A stretch of 64,000 nt of DNA, from the NCBI GenBank assembly GCA_003385635.1, contig QQUY01000002.1, positions 587,385-651,384 of the forward strand, given 5' to 3'. The DNA comes from Acidobacteriota bacterium (lineage in GTDB: Bacteria > Acidobacteriota > Blastocatellia > Pyrinomonadales > Pyrinomonadaceae). Below the pieces are notes generated by a model that was given only the letters and a program-made list of their open reading frames with translations, did no database searches and was not told the origin of the DNA. Below, piece after piece: positions 63,593 to 64,000 of this stretch (its first letter is position 1; each line of letters starts with the position of its first letter). The position numbers and the translations under genes were made by a program.

Positions 63593-64000
63593 GCATCACC
63601 CTCCCTGACGTGGTCACGAATATAAGGCCATAGGCTTCCTGAAGTTGGCTTACCGCTAGTATACCAATGTTCGATTATCGAGGCTTGTTGCTCTGCATTG
63701 TAAGAGCTCCAATCCTGACCCGCGGTGTAGTTGTATGCTGCATTTCCGCGTATGCATTGATTTATAGCGGAATCATATACGTAACTCTGCGCGAAGACGC
63801 TATTCTTGCCTTGCAACACATGTGCGGTTTCGTGGACGAGCAAGTCAGTATTGGAGGACGACATGTCTGGAAATGCGGACCCGACATTCATTAGATAGCC
63901 CATGTTTACGATGCTTCCCAAATAACCTCCAATCGTTGCGGCCGCCGCAAGAAAACCTGATGCAGCAGCTCCCAACAAAGTAGTGACAAGTGATGTCGGG
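63589..64000 (-). CDS. HExxH metallopeptidase-motif protein (DUF4157-like), probably truncated by the window edge
   Basis: LLVHETAHVLQG zinc-motif-like block preceded by a Gly/Ala-rich hydrophobic segment. The reading frame stays open upstream of the Met at 63978 up to position 64000. Confidence 0.5.
   Translation of the reverse strand, partial: PTSLVTTLLGAAASGFLAAAATIGGYLGSIVNMGYLMNVGSAFPDMSSSNTDLLVHETAHVLQGKNSVFAQSYVYDSAINQCIRGNAAYNYTAGQDWSSYNAEQQASIIEHWYTSGKPTSGSLWPYIRDHVREGDA

Noticed and set aside
1-64000. Prophage, IS elements, integrons, restriction-modification, CRISPR-Cas or classical defence operons
   Set aside because: I recognised no integrase, transposase, recombinase, Cas, methyltransferase or nuclease ORF in any frame. 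The only mobile-looking sequences are short non-autonomous repeats.

Overview
This 64-kb window appears to be the replication-origin neighbourhood of a moderately GC-rich Gram-negative bacterium. It is probably an Acidobacteriota member, inferred from the giant CarboxypepD_reg-type TonB-dependent receptors, the DxDGDG/FG-GAP-tailed secreted proteins and the dense small-repeat families. All calls rest on motif recognition by eye, with no database searches. Housekeeping content: secA 5' end, ispH, an M16 peptidase pair, an APC permease, dnaA-dnaN flanked by DnaA-box clusters, purM-purN, rpmH-rnpA-yidD-yidC-jag-mnmE, gdhA, tRNA-Arg(CCG) and tRNA-Glu(CUC). Accessory content: two tandem near-identical 1328-aa TonB-dependent receptors followed by a secreted hypothetical protein, a DASS transporter and a D-aminoacylase; two large secreted proteins sharing a C-terminal DxDGDG repeat module; and an M24 aminopeptidase. 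I saw no CRISPR array, rRNA, transposase or integrase. I did not find a clear multi-gene novel system. The observations most worth a second look are: (1) a Ski2/HelY-type helicase gene cut in frame into two ORFs by a low-complexity hairpin element, with a second copy in the yidD-yidC junction; (2) the receptor duplication, which shows a gene-conversion-like mosaic and conserved blocks in long 5' leaders; (3) a two-part oriC candidate built on TGTGGAAA-type boxes, with an extra lipoprotein gene between dnaA and dnaN; (4) an AT-richer islet at tRNA-Glu carrying an orphan Hcp-like gene and a stand-alone DUF4347-like gene; (5) a tRNA-Arg with an apparently swapped G19-C56 elbow pair; (6) a family of 3'-end hairpins with a conserved 10-nt loop; (7) a minimal beta-carbonic-anhydrase-like ORF; (8) an HExxH protein overlapping a small lipoprotein gene at the right edge.
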